Below are positions 27,863 through 41,579 of a stretch of 64,000 nt of DNA, piece after piece. The DNA comes from Microbotryum violaceum. Its lineage: Eukaryota. The notes beneath the pieces were generated by a model. The model worked only from the letters and a program-made list of their open reading frames with translations. It did no database searches and was not told where the DNA came from. Position 1 is the stretch's first letter. Every line of letters starts with the position of its first letter. The position numbers were made by a program, and so were the translations under genes. The stretch spans positions 1,240,001 to 1,304,000 of the forward strand of contig CDLV01000007.1 in assembly GCA_001244265.2 (NCBI GenBank), read 5' to 3'.

Positions 27863-28765
27863 GCGGAGCCCCCTTTTGGTCGCACGGCCGATATGAGAGT
27901 GCTCGTTTCTTCAGGTTTCATATTTGTCTTCACACTGGGAGGAAGGAGGAAGGAGGGAGAGAAGAGATATTGATCGCTCAGAGTGCGCAGCCGAAGATGC
28001 CATCTTGCTACGAGTGAACATATTCTTGGCTGCCGAATGTACATCCATGGGTCATACTCTCGCTGCGGTTCCTGCCTTTTTGACGGTCAGATTTGAGGTC
28101 TCGGTTATATCACACGTTGGTGTATACTAGGGCACGTTGTACTGAGGCGCAGTGCGGCTTGTCGAAGGTACTGAGACTCTGGCACGAGCAAGTTCCTCCG
28201 CCCGGCGAGTCTCTGTTTCTTCCCAGCACCCCGCCCCTCCCTCGACGGCGATTGAACAATCACCAAAACTTCACTTCCCGGAATCGCCTATACTGACGCT
28301 GTTTCCAGTCATCAGATGAAGCCGCACAGCCAAAAGGTGAGCAGCTCGCAGTTGACCAAGAGTTATGGAGTGTAGCGGATTTTGGCAAAAGGCAGTGCAC
28401 GAAGTAGCGCCCAGCTTTGCGGGTGGCTAGAGTTTGCAAGATGCCGTTGAGTCCGAGGGTGACGCACGACTGTTGCCGTTATCGCAGGCACCGGTGCCGG
28501 AAGAGGTTCGAATTGCGAGGTTCAATCGTCACGACTCACATCTCAGGGGCGTCGAGAGCTGCGGGTAGACTTCATGCCTCCGGACTGTCCCATTATACCG
28601 AAGCGGCGCCACGATTACTTTCGTCTGCGGACCGACGAGGTTCAGTCTCGGGGCTTGCACATCAAGGTATAAGCGTAGTATAACATTCAACAAGGGCATA
28701 CGATAGAGCGGAACAGTTTCTACAGTTTTCTGCGTGCATTCCTCCAGCGGCGGGGGTGGGGAACC

Positions 28766-30693
28766 TCATCGTCGTTTCTTCTTGTTTATCGAGGTAGCTC
28801 GGCCGACCGTTGCTGCGCATTCGCGACAATACCATTCACCAATAGGCGGAGCATCGAGGCCCACGCACTCGAAGTGGAACTGAATGAGCGATGCGAAAGT
28901 CAAGGTGTTGGAAATCAGCGCCATTCGAGGCTCTGTCGCGAATGGCAAGCTGGGCAGCCAACTGCGCGAGCACTCAACCGGACGAACCCATTCTCGACTA
29001 CAATCCTCGTTTTCGCAGCCCACCATCTGAAATTCGGGGCGAAGTAGAAGTTAAGGTAAGGTTGGCGGTATGAACACCTGATCAGGTTCGACTGTTCTCG
29101 CGCCAACTCACCTGGCCAAACGAAACGCGTTCGCAAAAGCAGTATGTCGGTTCGTTCGGATCAACTGGACGGAAAGGACCGCGAGCAGAAGCGGATGTTA
29201 GTACAACGGAACACACCTGGAGCGAGTAGAGCTGCTAGTCGCGTGCACATACTGTGTCCCATCGCGGTGTCGAGCCTTTGCTTTTCTTCCCGCATTCGCA
29301 GTTTTTCGTCTCGAAGCCGCCGTCTCTCGTCTTGCATGTATTTATCTGTGCCCACCATGGGCCGCCCATCTGCGCCACCTCTACCCCTTCTGTACCGCTC
29401 TTCGTCGTCAGTGAGGTTGATACCCTCATAAGCCTCTTTCTCTCCAAGAGCGATGGCGCCGCGGGAAGTGGTTGCGCCTGGCGCCTCTTTTTGCGAAACA
29501 GATGGGGCGTCGTGCGATGGCAGGGTGCCGGGCCGCATGCCGAGCACAAAAGAGTCCTCATGTCGCGCGAGGTCGTTGTCGAGGCGCTGTATGTGGCGGT
29601 CGACCTATCGATCACAATATAGCAAGTGGAGCCTTGTGAGCGGGGCCCAGTGGCGCGCGGGTCCTTCACAATGCTGTCCATTAACGCTCACCAAGTCGTA
29701 GAGAGTCTGTGTGAGATTGATCTTGTCTTCGGCTGCACGTATGGTCGCGCGTGCCGCCTTTGTCACTTGGATCAACATCATACGTCTCGTCGTTTCCGAC
29801 AGCGGCGGAGAGACGTGCGATATCGGTGGTGATTGTGGTGTGGCTGCGTGGGCCTCTTTCGAAAGCGGCTGAGCCCGAACCGCCGAGCGATACGACGCGG
29901 CAATGAGGTGCAGATAGGCCAAAAGCTGTTGCTTGAAGGCCAGCGTAGCAGCTGTTCGAGCGGAGAATGTGGGTCCAAACGTCAGCAGAGTCGTAGCAAA
30001 AGGCGGCAGTGCGGTCCAGGCTTACCCTGTTGTGAGTCCTCGAGTTCCCGAACGAGAGTAAACGTCCGTCGGAATTCTAGTGGGAGCTCGATCACAGCTA
30101 GCGGCGACGAGATCACACTTGGTGCTTTGTCAGTTTCCGTCACGCCTGCCCAGAGTTTACACAATCGAAAGGGGCATGCGTGACCTCAGCCGGCACGTGA
30201 GCGGTCGTGTTTGTACGGGTCCCGTCGCGTCGACGCGCGCAGGACGGCATGGCCCACCCGCCGCTCAGCGAGGCTCAGTGAGTCGATAGTCACATCGAGG
30301 ACCATCAAACGTACCATCGTGGTACTCTTCCACAAAGTTTTCCCAGTGCTCGAGTCGTTCGTCCTCGTCTTCCGATGCTTCCTCGCCATGCCCTCCTTGC
30401 GGCGTCGACGGCGTCGGACTTGAGCTCGCGGCGAACGCCCGCGTTGTGAGTACGGGCGAAGTGGTCGAAAGTGGGACGTCTACCATCTTGATCGCTCCAA
30501 CATGCGTTGCCGCGGTCGCTGACTCGGGGGACGAGGATCGTGGGGGACCGAGCCCGAGCCCGAGCCCGAGCGAACGCTGGGGTCTTGGGGTCGACGTGGG
30601 GTCCGATCTCGATGGCCCAGCGGCAGGATCGGCCTCGCTGGACCTCCTGAGACGCTTTCGCGCGCTCCGAGAACTCGTAGAAGCTCTCGCCAT
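28766..30693 (-). CDS. ING-family chromatin protein with C-terminal PHD finger
   Basis: IELPLEFRRTFTLVRELE, AEDKINLTQTLYDL, MVGCENEDCSREW/FHFECVGLDAPPIGEWYCREC. Confidence 0.88.
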
Positions 30694-31045
30694 CGTGACC
30701 AGAGGGTCGGGGGCTTGATTAGGACGACCCCAAGTGCCCAGCGGACTGCACAGGGGAGCGCAGTATCGGGGAAGGCAGAATGAGACAGACGGAAAATGTC
30801 GAGGTCCGAGCGCGCGCGGGTGGTCCCAGGCTACTTAGTACTATGGCCCGAATCTTAAATGGGAGGCGGGGGAAAGCTAATGATAGAATTCGGCAACGCT
30901 CTGAAAGGCTGCGGGCAGCTACCGGGCACCTACCGGGCACCTACCAGTCACCTACCGGCTCACTTTACTGCGCTTCGCCCCCTTTCGAGCTCACCTTCCC
31001 ACGACGGTTCCCACTCGCTCCGATCTGTCCAGTGCTTCGGATATC

Positions 31046-31901
31046 ATGAACCGCCTTTGTCCGTCGACCGTCGCGACCTGGCGCGCTTTCGTCCCGCGCT
31101 CGTCGACGTCGATCCCCGTCGCACGCTGTCAACGCTCGGCTTTGCTACTCACTTCGGTGGATCGTCGCACCAAGCCTCGTAGTAGAGCGGATGTAGGATG
31201 CCAGACGTGTCGATGCTTCGGGTCCATGGCGAAGGCAAGCTCTGCCGCTGCCTCCGCTACAAGCCGTGCGTACGCAACCGGGTGAGCTAGTTCCTCAGTC
31301 GTCTTTCGCTCGAGTGCGATGCAGCTCCCATTACGACGCTGACTTTCGAGACCTTGAATACCGCTACTTGCAGACCTTTGACCGTTCAAGCGTACCAGAA
31401 GGCGGCAGATGAAGCAATGGACAGGCTGACCGACTATCTCGAAGAGCTTGTCGAGGCCGCTCCTCCCGAGCTGAAATATGACGTGGAGTATTCGGTGAGC
31501 CAGCTCCTATGGCAGCCGAGCCGCCGAGGTCCCGGAGGCTGATTCGGTCGAGTGTTGCGTCCACGGAACTGCCGCAAGTCTGGTGTTTTGACACTGCACG
31601 TCGGGGACAAGGGCACGTATGTCATCAACAAGCAACCGCCGAATCAGCAGATCTGGCTGTCGAGTCCATCGAGGTCGGTCTTTCGCCTAGTGCGCCAAAT
31701 GCTTGGGCAAGCTCTGACCACAGTCAAGCGCACCCGTGACGTTCATTCCTTTATAGTGGTCCCAAGCGCTACGACTATGACCCTCGGCACGGCGTGTGGT
31801 TCTACCATCGGGATGGCACTCTACTTGAAGATTTGCTGACCGAAGAATTACGGAACGCGATGGACGATCCTTCCATACACGTCACGCTGTCGAACCCATG
31901 A
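31046..31901 (+). CDS. YFH1: Frataxin (mitochondrial Fe-S assembly)
   Basis: Arg/Ser-rich presequence; [45 protein letters not shown]. Confidence 0.95.
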
Positions 31902-32479
31902 ACCTCGAAAAAGAACCCTTCGGTGCGCGGTGTTGTTGTACAATAGCCGGAATATTGCTTGAGCTGGCGCATATCGTTCGTAATGAGGGGAGGAGCGCTC
32001 GAGACGTTGAGGGGGAGAGGATTGGTTAGCCCAGTCAGCCTTCGAAGACCCACCAGTCCCTGCACAATTCTGGGGCATTTCTAGACTAGAAGACATGCGT
32101 AGCTATTTTATAAGCCAAACCATGAACAGAGACACGAAGCATGAGTTGACGCATGTGCGAGGCAGTCACTAGAGCGGGCCCGGTGCGCCGAGGTCGGCCC
32201 GGAACAAGCACCAGTTACCGCCAGCCTCCACCAGCCTGCTCAGCCTGCCAGCCGCAGCCAGCCGCCACCTGCCGCCGCCTTGCCCCACAAGCCCTCGCGT
32301 CAGCCCTGTTTTTGCCCTTCAGCTCTGTTTTTGCCCTTCCGCTACCTCCAGTTCGACTTCAAGCAATGTCTATGGGCGCATTGATTGGCGGTCGAGGCAT
32401 CTTCGTAAACCTCCTTGCCGTATGAGCAGTCTATTTCTCTACACATACCACCGATCGCGCTGTGCGACGGCATACTATC

Positions 32480-35400
32480 ATGAGCCTCCCTCCCCCACCA
32501 CACCCAACCGCCGCAGCGAACGCCGCCACCAATGCCGAGCCCGCTCCCGACCTGGAAACAAGTCCTGGCCGAGACACGTCTCGGTCAGAGTCTCACCTCG
32601 AGGGCAGCCTTCACAAATCCTCGATACGTTCTGGGCTGCAACACGCTCCAGCACCGTTCGAGCACGACGATGACCATGACACGGTCCGTCCGCTTCTGCG
32701 TAGTGATAGCACTACGCGTGAACGAGACTTATACGTCGACTATCCCACTGAGCTCACGCTAATTTTCACTCCAACTCCACAGTTCCATCAGATGCTCAGC
32801 ATACATCTCGATCAGCCAGTCGGGTCCATGTCGATCTCCCCGTCGAATCGAGATGTCGCTCTCGGCGCTCGGAAAGGTCTCTTCATCGTCGACCTTCAGA
32901 ACCCGTGGGATCCACCCCGGTTCCTACCCCATCATTCTCCTTGGGAAGTCGCGGATGTTCAGGTCAGTCCTCTGTTCCCTCTCGTTCGCATGCTTGGTTC
33001 GGATCACCTTCGGCGCCAACGCGCTTTTAAAACTGGCCACTGAGAACGCTCGGGAATCGGTGCAGTGGAATCCGTTTCCAGCCCGCAGTGAATGGGTCGT
33101 CTCAACATCTTGCCAACAAGTCATCGTCTACAATCTCGACTTCTCGCCGTCGTTGGCTAGTTCACATATCGAGCACACCCTTCATGCTCACACCCGAGCG
33201 TGTACGGACATCAACTGGTCGCCTGGGTGTGCAGAAATATTGGCCACCTGTGGTCTCGATGGCTGGGTGTTCAGTTGGGACCTACGTACCGGTTATGGGG
33301 GAGCTCGAAAGCCGGTCTGGGGCGTCTGTAGCTGGGGATCAGGCGCCACGCAGGTCAAGTGGAATCGTCGCGAGCCGCATATCATCGCTTCGGCGCACGA
33401 CAACAAAGTTCTCGTATGGGATGATCGTTTTGGGGCTGCACCCGTCACGGAGATCAGAGGCCATGACGCCAAGATCTACGGCATCGACTGGTCGCGAAAG
33501 GATCCGAAGAACCTCATCACTTGTAGTTTGGACAAGTCGTTCAAATCATGGAACTTGGATAGCCCGTCGCAATCGCTGCTAGCGGTCCAGACATCATCGC
33601 CTGTGTGGAGAGCCAGGTTTTTGCCCTTCGGCGATGGCGTGCTCACCCTTCCTCAAAGGACTGACCACGGATTGAGTATTTGGGGACTGGACAGGGTAGT
33701 GCAAGGACGCACAGCCGAACCAGTCGCTCGGTTCGAAGGTGCACGGGAGGGAGTCAAGGAGTTCGTCTGGAGGACGCGCGGTGGGGCCGATCTCGACATT
33801 GATGATCGCCAATTCCAGCTCGTCACTTGGGCGAAAGATCGGCAGCTGAGGCTTTGGCCGATTTCTGACGAGATCATGCGAGACGTTGGCCACGAGAAGG
33901 GATCGCCCATCACAATTCCGATGACTCGTCGAGGCGGTGGAAATATTTCCTACCGCACGTACACGGATACGATCACGGCTCCTCCGCCACCTTTCTCGAT
34001 TGTGCCTTCTCCAGCGCCCGCGGTTCCGCGCCACCTGGTGACCGGGCCGTCACTGCTTTCGGCAACACTACCGAATGCCACATCTCCTACTTCCTCGCTT
34101 CTTGCATCCTCGTTGCTGGCCGCGAAGCAGCACCCCATCGCACCGCCGCTCATTCATTCGGCACCTCTTCTTTCCGCCGAACTGCGGTCCGGGGCAGCAA
34201 CCATGACAACATCGAGTGTGCGCAGCCGCAAACAGAAAGCACATGCCCGACTGGCATGGATGGAAGGCGTCAGAATCATCAAGGCACCAACCGCAGCCCC
34301 GCAGTCAGACCTCGATGCCATCAACGCTGCCTCGTGCGAACGCACAAGCGAGAATGGAGATTCAAGAACGCAGACTCGGTCGAGCTCGTTGCAACGCGGG
34401 ACCGACGGTGGCACGGCTCGCGAAGGCGGCGAGACGGAACGCGCGGATAGCGTTTTGTCTCCTGGTTCGACGAAAACAGGAACCGCGCATGCGAAGGACT
34501 CTCAGTTCTCGAATCTGGGAGAGGAATTCACAACGCTTACGCGGAAATTTCCTCGCGTGCGCTTCGAGAAGTGCAGTGTTGCAAGTCGATCCTGCACCGT
34601 GTCCCTCTACAGCCCATTGTTCTTGCGGGCAACCTTCACTTTTCCGCGGCAGTACCCACACTCGGCGCCACCCTCTATCGAACTTGAACGCAACGCTGAC
34701 GTAACGCTCAAGTCTAGAGCGGCACTGCTTCAAGGCGTGCGCAAATTGATGGCGGGACGGGCTCAGCGAGGCGCTCACTCGCTCGAACCGGCGCTTCGTT
34801 TCTTGCTCGGCGATCGATCGGTTCTTGACGAGACGCGCGAGTTGGTTGGAGAGGACGATGATGATGACGAAGTCGACGATGCGCTTGAAGATGGTGTCAC
34901 CGGAAACGTACCGGCCGGAGTGGTCCGTCTCAACCTACGCGTCAATGTCCCCCCTCCTAGGCGATGCGGTGCAAGCTTTGGGGCGCGCGGTCAGCTTGTC
35001 GTCTTCTTCCCAATCGACATATTGGACGGCCCAGTCGGCATCGAACATGGTCCAGCAACCACTGAGAATGTGGACCGATCAACCCACCCGCATACGGTAA
35101 CAAGGCTCTCCGAAGCGTTCGGAGCAGTAGCAACTGAGCCTCGCCAAGCAGCCTATCAGGAGACCGACGAGGCGCTACAACTCGTCACTGAACACACTAT
35201 GCGCGCATCTGCAACGCTTGACGCGCTACCCTTCCCGTCGGGAGATCAGCAGAGTGCTCCAGCCTTCAGCACGCTCGTCAAGATCAAGAATGTGGCACAT
35301 CTCGATCTATCTCGTGGCGGGCGTGTCTTGTGCCCACTCAAGGACGACCTGGTCGCGGTGACTCGCGCGGCTGCACTCAGCTCTGCCGAGGACAACGACA

Positions 35401-37032
35401 TGCTGTTGGTCAAAGTGTGGAGCTCGCTCGAGTGCCTCCTGCAGGCAGGTAGTGAATCTTCCGACGTCGGGATGGATGAAATCAGCTCGCTACTTGCAGA
35501 GATGCTACCCAATGTGATGGCTTTTTTGGTCCATCTCCGAGATATCGCGACCCTTGGGGTTATCGCTTGTCTACTCGAGGCGCTCACTCGGTATGATATG
35601 GCCACCTCCGAGAACTCTGTTGTAGATGCCGAACCACCAACTGTCGACAACTTCAGTCATAGGAACGCTTCACCGTCGGGTTCGGGAGATGGGACCCCGT
35701 TCGACTCTCGCCAGACTCCGCTAGCGAGTAGGGGAGCCTTTGGTACCGCGCGACCGAGTAGCTCTTCTCCTAAGCCATCATGGGCTAACCTCTCGGGATT
35801 CTTCAACAACACGGTGCTGTCACTTCGTAGCGGTGTGTCCAGTGCCTCACCAGGATCGCTAGATCGACCCGTCCACCTCGCACGACCAGCCTCAATATCT
35901 TCCCTCAATCTGCTAGCGACGGCCAATACAGCTCAACTCTCACCATCGACCAAGGCATCAAAGCGGACGATGCCAGAGGACGCGGAGCCGATAGAGGCTT
36001 TCCCCTTGAACAGCGGCGAGACGAGGCCCTCATTCTCAAAGCAGCCTATTCTCAGAACGAGTCGAACAGGCAAGGCGTCCCCGAGTGTGGTGACTTTTGG
36101 TCAAACAAGAGTCGCCCTCATCAGCGGCAGTGGCCCTAATCCAGCTCCGAATCAAGTCGGTGTAAGACGTACTAGGCCATGCGGTCGTGGCGAAGGGAGT
36201 GGGCGAATCATTACCGTTGCGTACTCAACTTCGTCACGCACCTTGTAAGCGTGTCGCCCTGCCACAAATTGCTTCCTCAGCCTGATCAAATCGTTTTCGA
36301 ATCATGGCTCCCACAGACGGAAGCCTGCTTGGTGGCTTAGCGACCGCGCACGCCTTGAGCTGGAGCTCCTTCGGCTTGCCTACGCCGACCTACTACATCG
36401 CTGGGGCTTCCACAATGAGCGACTGCGCGTCCTGAAATATTGTTTTTCTGTCACCAAACCCATCTCTTCGCGCCGGGGGTTCATCACAGAGATCATAGCC
36501 ACTGGAAGTGGACTCGGGCCCAGCTCTTCAATTTGTGAGCCTCAATCCTTGGTAATCATTCTGCGCTGCACAAATCGGAGGTTCATGTCTCGGCGCACTA
36601 TTTACCTGTTTCCACAGCGATTCACCGCGCATGTTCAAGTTGTCGTTCCATTGCGAAGGCGACAAGCAAGACATCTCGTCCTTGCAACCACCGACCCGAA
36701 ACAAGGCCAGCCTCGTGTTCGCTTTGTCACCTCCCAGTAACTTGTCAGTCTCCGCTTTTTCCACCCCCGTACGGAATCGATACGAGCACTTTTCACTGAA
36801 CTACGCATTGCATTTGACGAGGGCACAAAAAGCACTATCGTCCATTTGCCTTATTTGCGCGCACGTCGCCCACACGTCATGCTCTCGCGCGTGGTTCGCA
36901 TCCGAGTCGGTGTGCGCCACCGGGTGTGGATGCGATTGCTTGAACTCGGGTGGAATCGCCGGTGTTTTTGTGGTGAGAGAATCCCACTCGGAGAACGTGT
37001 CTCAACAATTGATTATGCATTGCCAGTCGTAG
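32480..37032 (+). CDS. WDR59/Sea3/Mtc5 (GATOR2/SEACAT) WD40-RWD-RING protein
   Basis: WD40 repeats (GATQVKWNR, KIYGIDW, PVWRARFLPFG, KEFVWR), RWD-like FTFPRQYPHSAPP, YADLLHRWG and a C-terminal C/H RING (CSLCHLPV...CLICAHVAHTSC...CATGCGCDC). Confidence 0.9.
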
Positions 37033-37099
37033 GTGTCTTTCTCTTTCTACATGTATTTCATCGTCTTGAGTGTGGGATGTTGCGCACTCTGATCAGAGT

Positions 37100-38733
37100 C
37101 TACCAGGGGCGAGGGAAGAAAACAGGTGTCGTGCTATAGTGACAACAATTAGAGTGATGTGAAGCTCAGTCACATTAGTTCAGGCATGCGACCCGATCCA
37201 TAGAGAGCCCTTGACTTACCGCTTGTACTCCTTCCATTTTGGATCATCGCCGTATTTTTTGTCCCCAGACTCCTATGGGAATATAAACGCCAGCAATAAT
37301 TAGCCCTTCCGGTGAGGACGCCTAATGCAATGAAGGACAACGCACCTCTAGCATGGGAACGCCGCTGATGTAGCGAATCAACGCGTATTCTAACATGGGG
37401 CTGGCGATCGCCAGGTAGCCCAACCAATGAGGGATGATGGGGCCGGCCACGGCCGGTGACAACAACGCCGAGGTGGATCCAACGAATTGAGCAGCCCAAA
37501 GCAGCACCTCTCCAACATAGTTGGGGTGCCTGGATTGCGACCACAGACCGCTGGTAATGAACTTCTCGTCGTGCTCTTTCGCCTCCTTCGCGGCGCGCCA
37601 CGCCGATTTTTGACGATCGGCGGTCACTTCGTAGCCGAACGCGCTTAACCACAGCGCACAGGCGATGGCGTCTCGAATGCCAAGGCGCGGTTGCAGATGG
37701 GCAGGTACCGCATTGACCTGCATCCATGTAGCGCATGATCAGCACTCCCGACTTGCTTGATCTGGCGCCGTGCAGTGAAGTAACTCACACAGAACACTGG
37801 GAACGCGGTGAGTGAAACCCAGACGCCTTGTAGAAACCACGCGCCGGCAAACTTGGTCGGTTGTCTGGAAGTAATGGCGAAGCCCGTGAACACGAGGCTC
37901 CTTGTTCGGAAAAAGGAAACGAAAAAGAGTGAACTCACTTTTTGATCTCGTCAAATCGCGAGTCACTGCCGGAGCGTTGGATTCTCTGGTCAAACGGAAA
38001 GTTTGAAGGAGCAAAACCGAGTCACGTGAGTCGTCTCGGTCAAAGTCGTCGGGAACGATGCGATGACGTACCTGGAACAAGAAGGAACCGAGTCGACCGG
38101 CCCAGATGCAGCAAAACGCAGACATCACAATCTGGCGTGGATGAAACGTGAGTGGGGAGGGTAGGGGGAGACCAGCTCGTAGAGGTCTCCAGTCTTCAAG
38201 GGTAACAACCTAACGTGAGCGAACACCGGCAGTTGCAGCGATGGCAAGAGGCAGAAGCTGGATCCCACAGATCGGACTTACACAGAGACACTAGAGTGCA
38301 TCCAATGAACGTTGCCGATCCAGCCAGGTCATAATACTAAGATGCGATGTGGATGTTGAATCCTGGGTAATGTCAGTTGACGTCTCTGCTGTGTTCATCA
38401 GATAGGCGACGCATCCGTCGGCCTTGATGACGCATTTCACCTTCTCGGTCTGCAGCGGGATCGCTACGGATGCGCAGACAGCTTGACTGCGATCAACTCA
38501 GAAACTTTGGTCAGAGGGAATTTTTCATACAGCGAACAGCTACGATCCTTCTTAGGCGCAATTCGTCGATACCGCTACACCGTCCGAGTCAGGACGCCAG
38601 GGTGACTTAGCTTCACCTGCCCCACGTCGATTGTCGCCCCCGTCGCGACTTGATAAGGAAGAAATAGGTGCACTCACACTGCAAAAGCCGTACCGACTGT
38701 AGCACGGAGTGTGCTCCAGACTTGCCTGCTCAT
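37100..38733 (-). CDS. DUF1295 / steroid 5-alpha-reductase-like membrane protein
   Basis: YYDLAGSATF, FHPRQIVMSA..IWAGRLGSFLF, DSRFDEIK, EVTADRQK, FITSGLWSQSRHPNYVGE, SGVPMLE. Confidence 0.88.
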
Positions 38734-38998
38734 ACTTGTGTTCGAAGTTGGTGGCTAAAGGTTCAACTGGCTTGGTTTGGGCTAGTGCTTGAAAGTGATC
38801 CGTGACGTGTGGCACGCGTAAAGGTGAAGAGAGCTGTCGAATTCTTCGCCGAGCAAGGTGCAGCGCGGCCACTGTCGGCCTCTCGACCAGGGTCCAGGGA
38901 CCCAAGCCGGCACTTGCAGTGGGCAAAGTTACTTGGCCTGCCATTAAACCACTGGAACACACACAAACACAGACTCTTGTCGTAATCTTAGTGTCAAA

Positions 38999-39070
38999 GA
39001 GAGCAAGAGCGAGAGCAAGAGCGAGAGCAAGAGCAAAAGCAAGGCAAAAGCGAGAGCGAGCGAGAGAGGG
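38999..39070. repeat. (GAGCAA/GAGCGA)n purine-rich microsatellite
   Basis: Seen directly. Confidence 0.85.
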
Positions 39071-39452
39071 AGAAGAAAGACAGTGTGCACAAAATTGAGG
39101 AACGTCTGAATTGTCACAGAACCATTGTGGCATTGGGTGGCTCAGAGTCAGAATCTCGTTGCGCTGTGTGACTCGCTTTTCATGACATTCTCCAGAGGTG
39201 CAAAGTATTATGGTAGGGCCTGAAGCACGGAATGAAGGGGCAAGGTCAAGTAGCTGGCACTGGGTGCCAAAACCGCAAACCCATCGAGGGTCTAACAATT
39301 TCGCACCCACTTCTGGCTGTTTGAAATCGTAATTTCACGCCGGTCTGGAAATACGCCGGTCCGGAGGTCCGCCGGTCTGGACGTACGCCGGTCTGGGTTT
39401 GTTCAAGTGATCAGCTGCACGATGCAGATCGCGGCTGTCGATTGTTTGGATA

Positions 39453-40923
39453 TCAGCATATAGCTCCCAAGACCCTTCTCTTGACGCCACCGGAAGAGGA
39501 CCGATCGTCTTCATGACTTGAGCGTCTTCGCGGCGGCACTGGACTCGCCTGCCCATGCGACTGGCATCGAAGGCGGCTCATGATTGAAGGCAGTCGAGAA
39601 CTCCACGATGCGGGCGTCTTGCGGTGATCTAAAGGAACATCAATCGAGAGGGGTAACGTGAGCCTTACAATACTGGACGCGGAAGTAAGATAGCCGAGGT
39701 ATGAGCTCACTGTAGCTCGCGCTGAAGAATGTGCGTCACTAGGTCCTCGCATTGTGACGCCAGCTCGGCTTCACGTGTCCCAATCGCCTCGACCTCGCTT
39801 GCCAAGGTCTCTTGCTCGTGAAGAGCAGCATGCCATTGTGCTTTAAGAAGAACGTAGGCTAGAAATTCTCGACTGCACTCCGGGTGCCGCTTGAAGACTT
39901 CGAGCTCGTCCGGGCTCCACTGCACGTCATGAGTGTTCATCAGGTCTTCGCCATCGTCTGGACCGAGAGGTAATAGCTCCTCGTCCAGATTCGACTCGTG
40001 CAAGGTCGTCCCGCTTTCTGAATCCACGGAGGAGGCTCGAGCCCCGAGGGCAGTTGCGGCCTTGCGTTTTTTGAGCGGAGGTTTTCGAGAGGGCAGAATC
40101 CTGTCACCGTGTTGTATCCGCATGTGCTTTTGAAGCGCATCCGTGCGTGTGAAGGATTTGTCGCATTCTGGGAGGACAGAGCAGGAAAGACAAGAGAGAC
40201 CCCCCTCGGTAAGACATCGCTGTGTCGTCTACTTTTCGAAAATCCGGGCGCTGACACGCCGCGCGAAAGAGAGAAAAAAAAAGAGAGAGAGAGGAAGAGA
40301 GTGACGTACCCGGGCGCGGACAGATGAACGGCTTCTCACCGGTGTGGGACCGCAAATGACCGACGAGGGCGAATCGACTGTTCTGATTCTTGCCTCGACG
40401 AGGACAACCTGTCCATTCGCACGTGAACATCGGCGGGCCTTTCCGCTGCACAGTCTGCTGTTCTTGATGTTGTCCGACTTCAGGGAAGGCATGGGCTGTG
40501 CGGTCGAGGCTCTCGTCAGCCGGCGAAAGGGGGGGGGAGGGGGGGGTTGTGTCATGACTCACTGTTGTGCAGATGTTCGATCAGAGGTTCTAGTTCATAA
40601 AACTGACGGCCGCAGTCGTTCCACTGGCATTGGGCGATGGTGAGCGTGGCGGGGTCGTAGTGGCTCGGATGGGGCGGCAGAGGTGTGCGAGACGTGTAAG
40701 ATCCCGCGCTCTTGTCGGCTTGCCTCCTCCGGTAGATCGCACTCTGCCCCGCGTGGCTCTCGCCTGGAGTATTAATTTCGAGAGGCGTGGGCTCGAGGTA
40801 TGCGTTCGGATTGCCGGTTCTCGGGTGCCATGCTGGCGAGGGCGGTGTGGACGAGTCCGAGTCATTCGGCGTATGGACTGATGGCGATGATGACGACGAG
40901 CTGGCGGACAACGAGGACTCCAT
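39453..40923 (-). CDS. GLI-type C2H2 zinc-finger protein, Iec1-like (INO80-associated)
   Basis: Three fingers: CQWNDC...HLHN, CEWTGCPRRG...HLRSHTGEKPF, CPRPECDKSFTRTDALQKHMRIQH; coiled-coil C-terminus. The Iec1 assignment is from recall. Confidence 0.8.
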
Positions 40924-41579
40924 GGGATGCTAGGACGGGCAAGTCTACAGGCTACAGTAGGTGTCGTCAGAAGGGAGGATAGGTTCGGAGATGACCGCTG
41001 TGGGCGAAAGCATGCAATCTGATGTCGGGACGGAAGCTGGAAGCGGGGTAGCAGGGAACGCGAGCGAGCAAAGACGATGGATGAGACAACCGAGCTGCCG
41101 CGGGAACGGGAGAGAAGACGTCTCGGTAGCAGAAATCGCTAGCGAGTCTTGGCGAGGCCAGGCAAGTCGGCGAGTGGGGAGAGAGGAGACGAAGACAAGC
41201 TCCAAATTCAGGCACTCAGGCTCAGGCTCGAAGGCGCGCCCAGGCTCCAGTCAAGCGTCATAATGCGACATTAGCGCCTGGTCGAGTTCATTCCTTAATG
41301 CGCGCCAAACCTGCCTTATCGGTTGGTCGCCTTGGAGAACCGGCGGCTGGCTGACGCAGTGCAGCAATCCACCGCAGCAGCACTGCAACTTCGGCCTCCT
41401 CCCAGGTCCGCCCTCCTCCGAACATCCTCAAACTAGGCCCCCCTCCGACTCCACTGTCCCTCGGCGCGCAGTAACGTATCCCTTCCAAAGAAAGGCCTGG
41501 CACACGTCATCGTCTCGATTGTGCTCACCCCCACACGTCCCGGCGTCTATATCTCTCCCATTCGTCGGTGCTCCACAAC

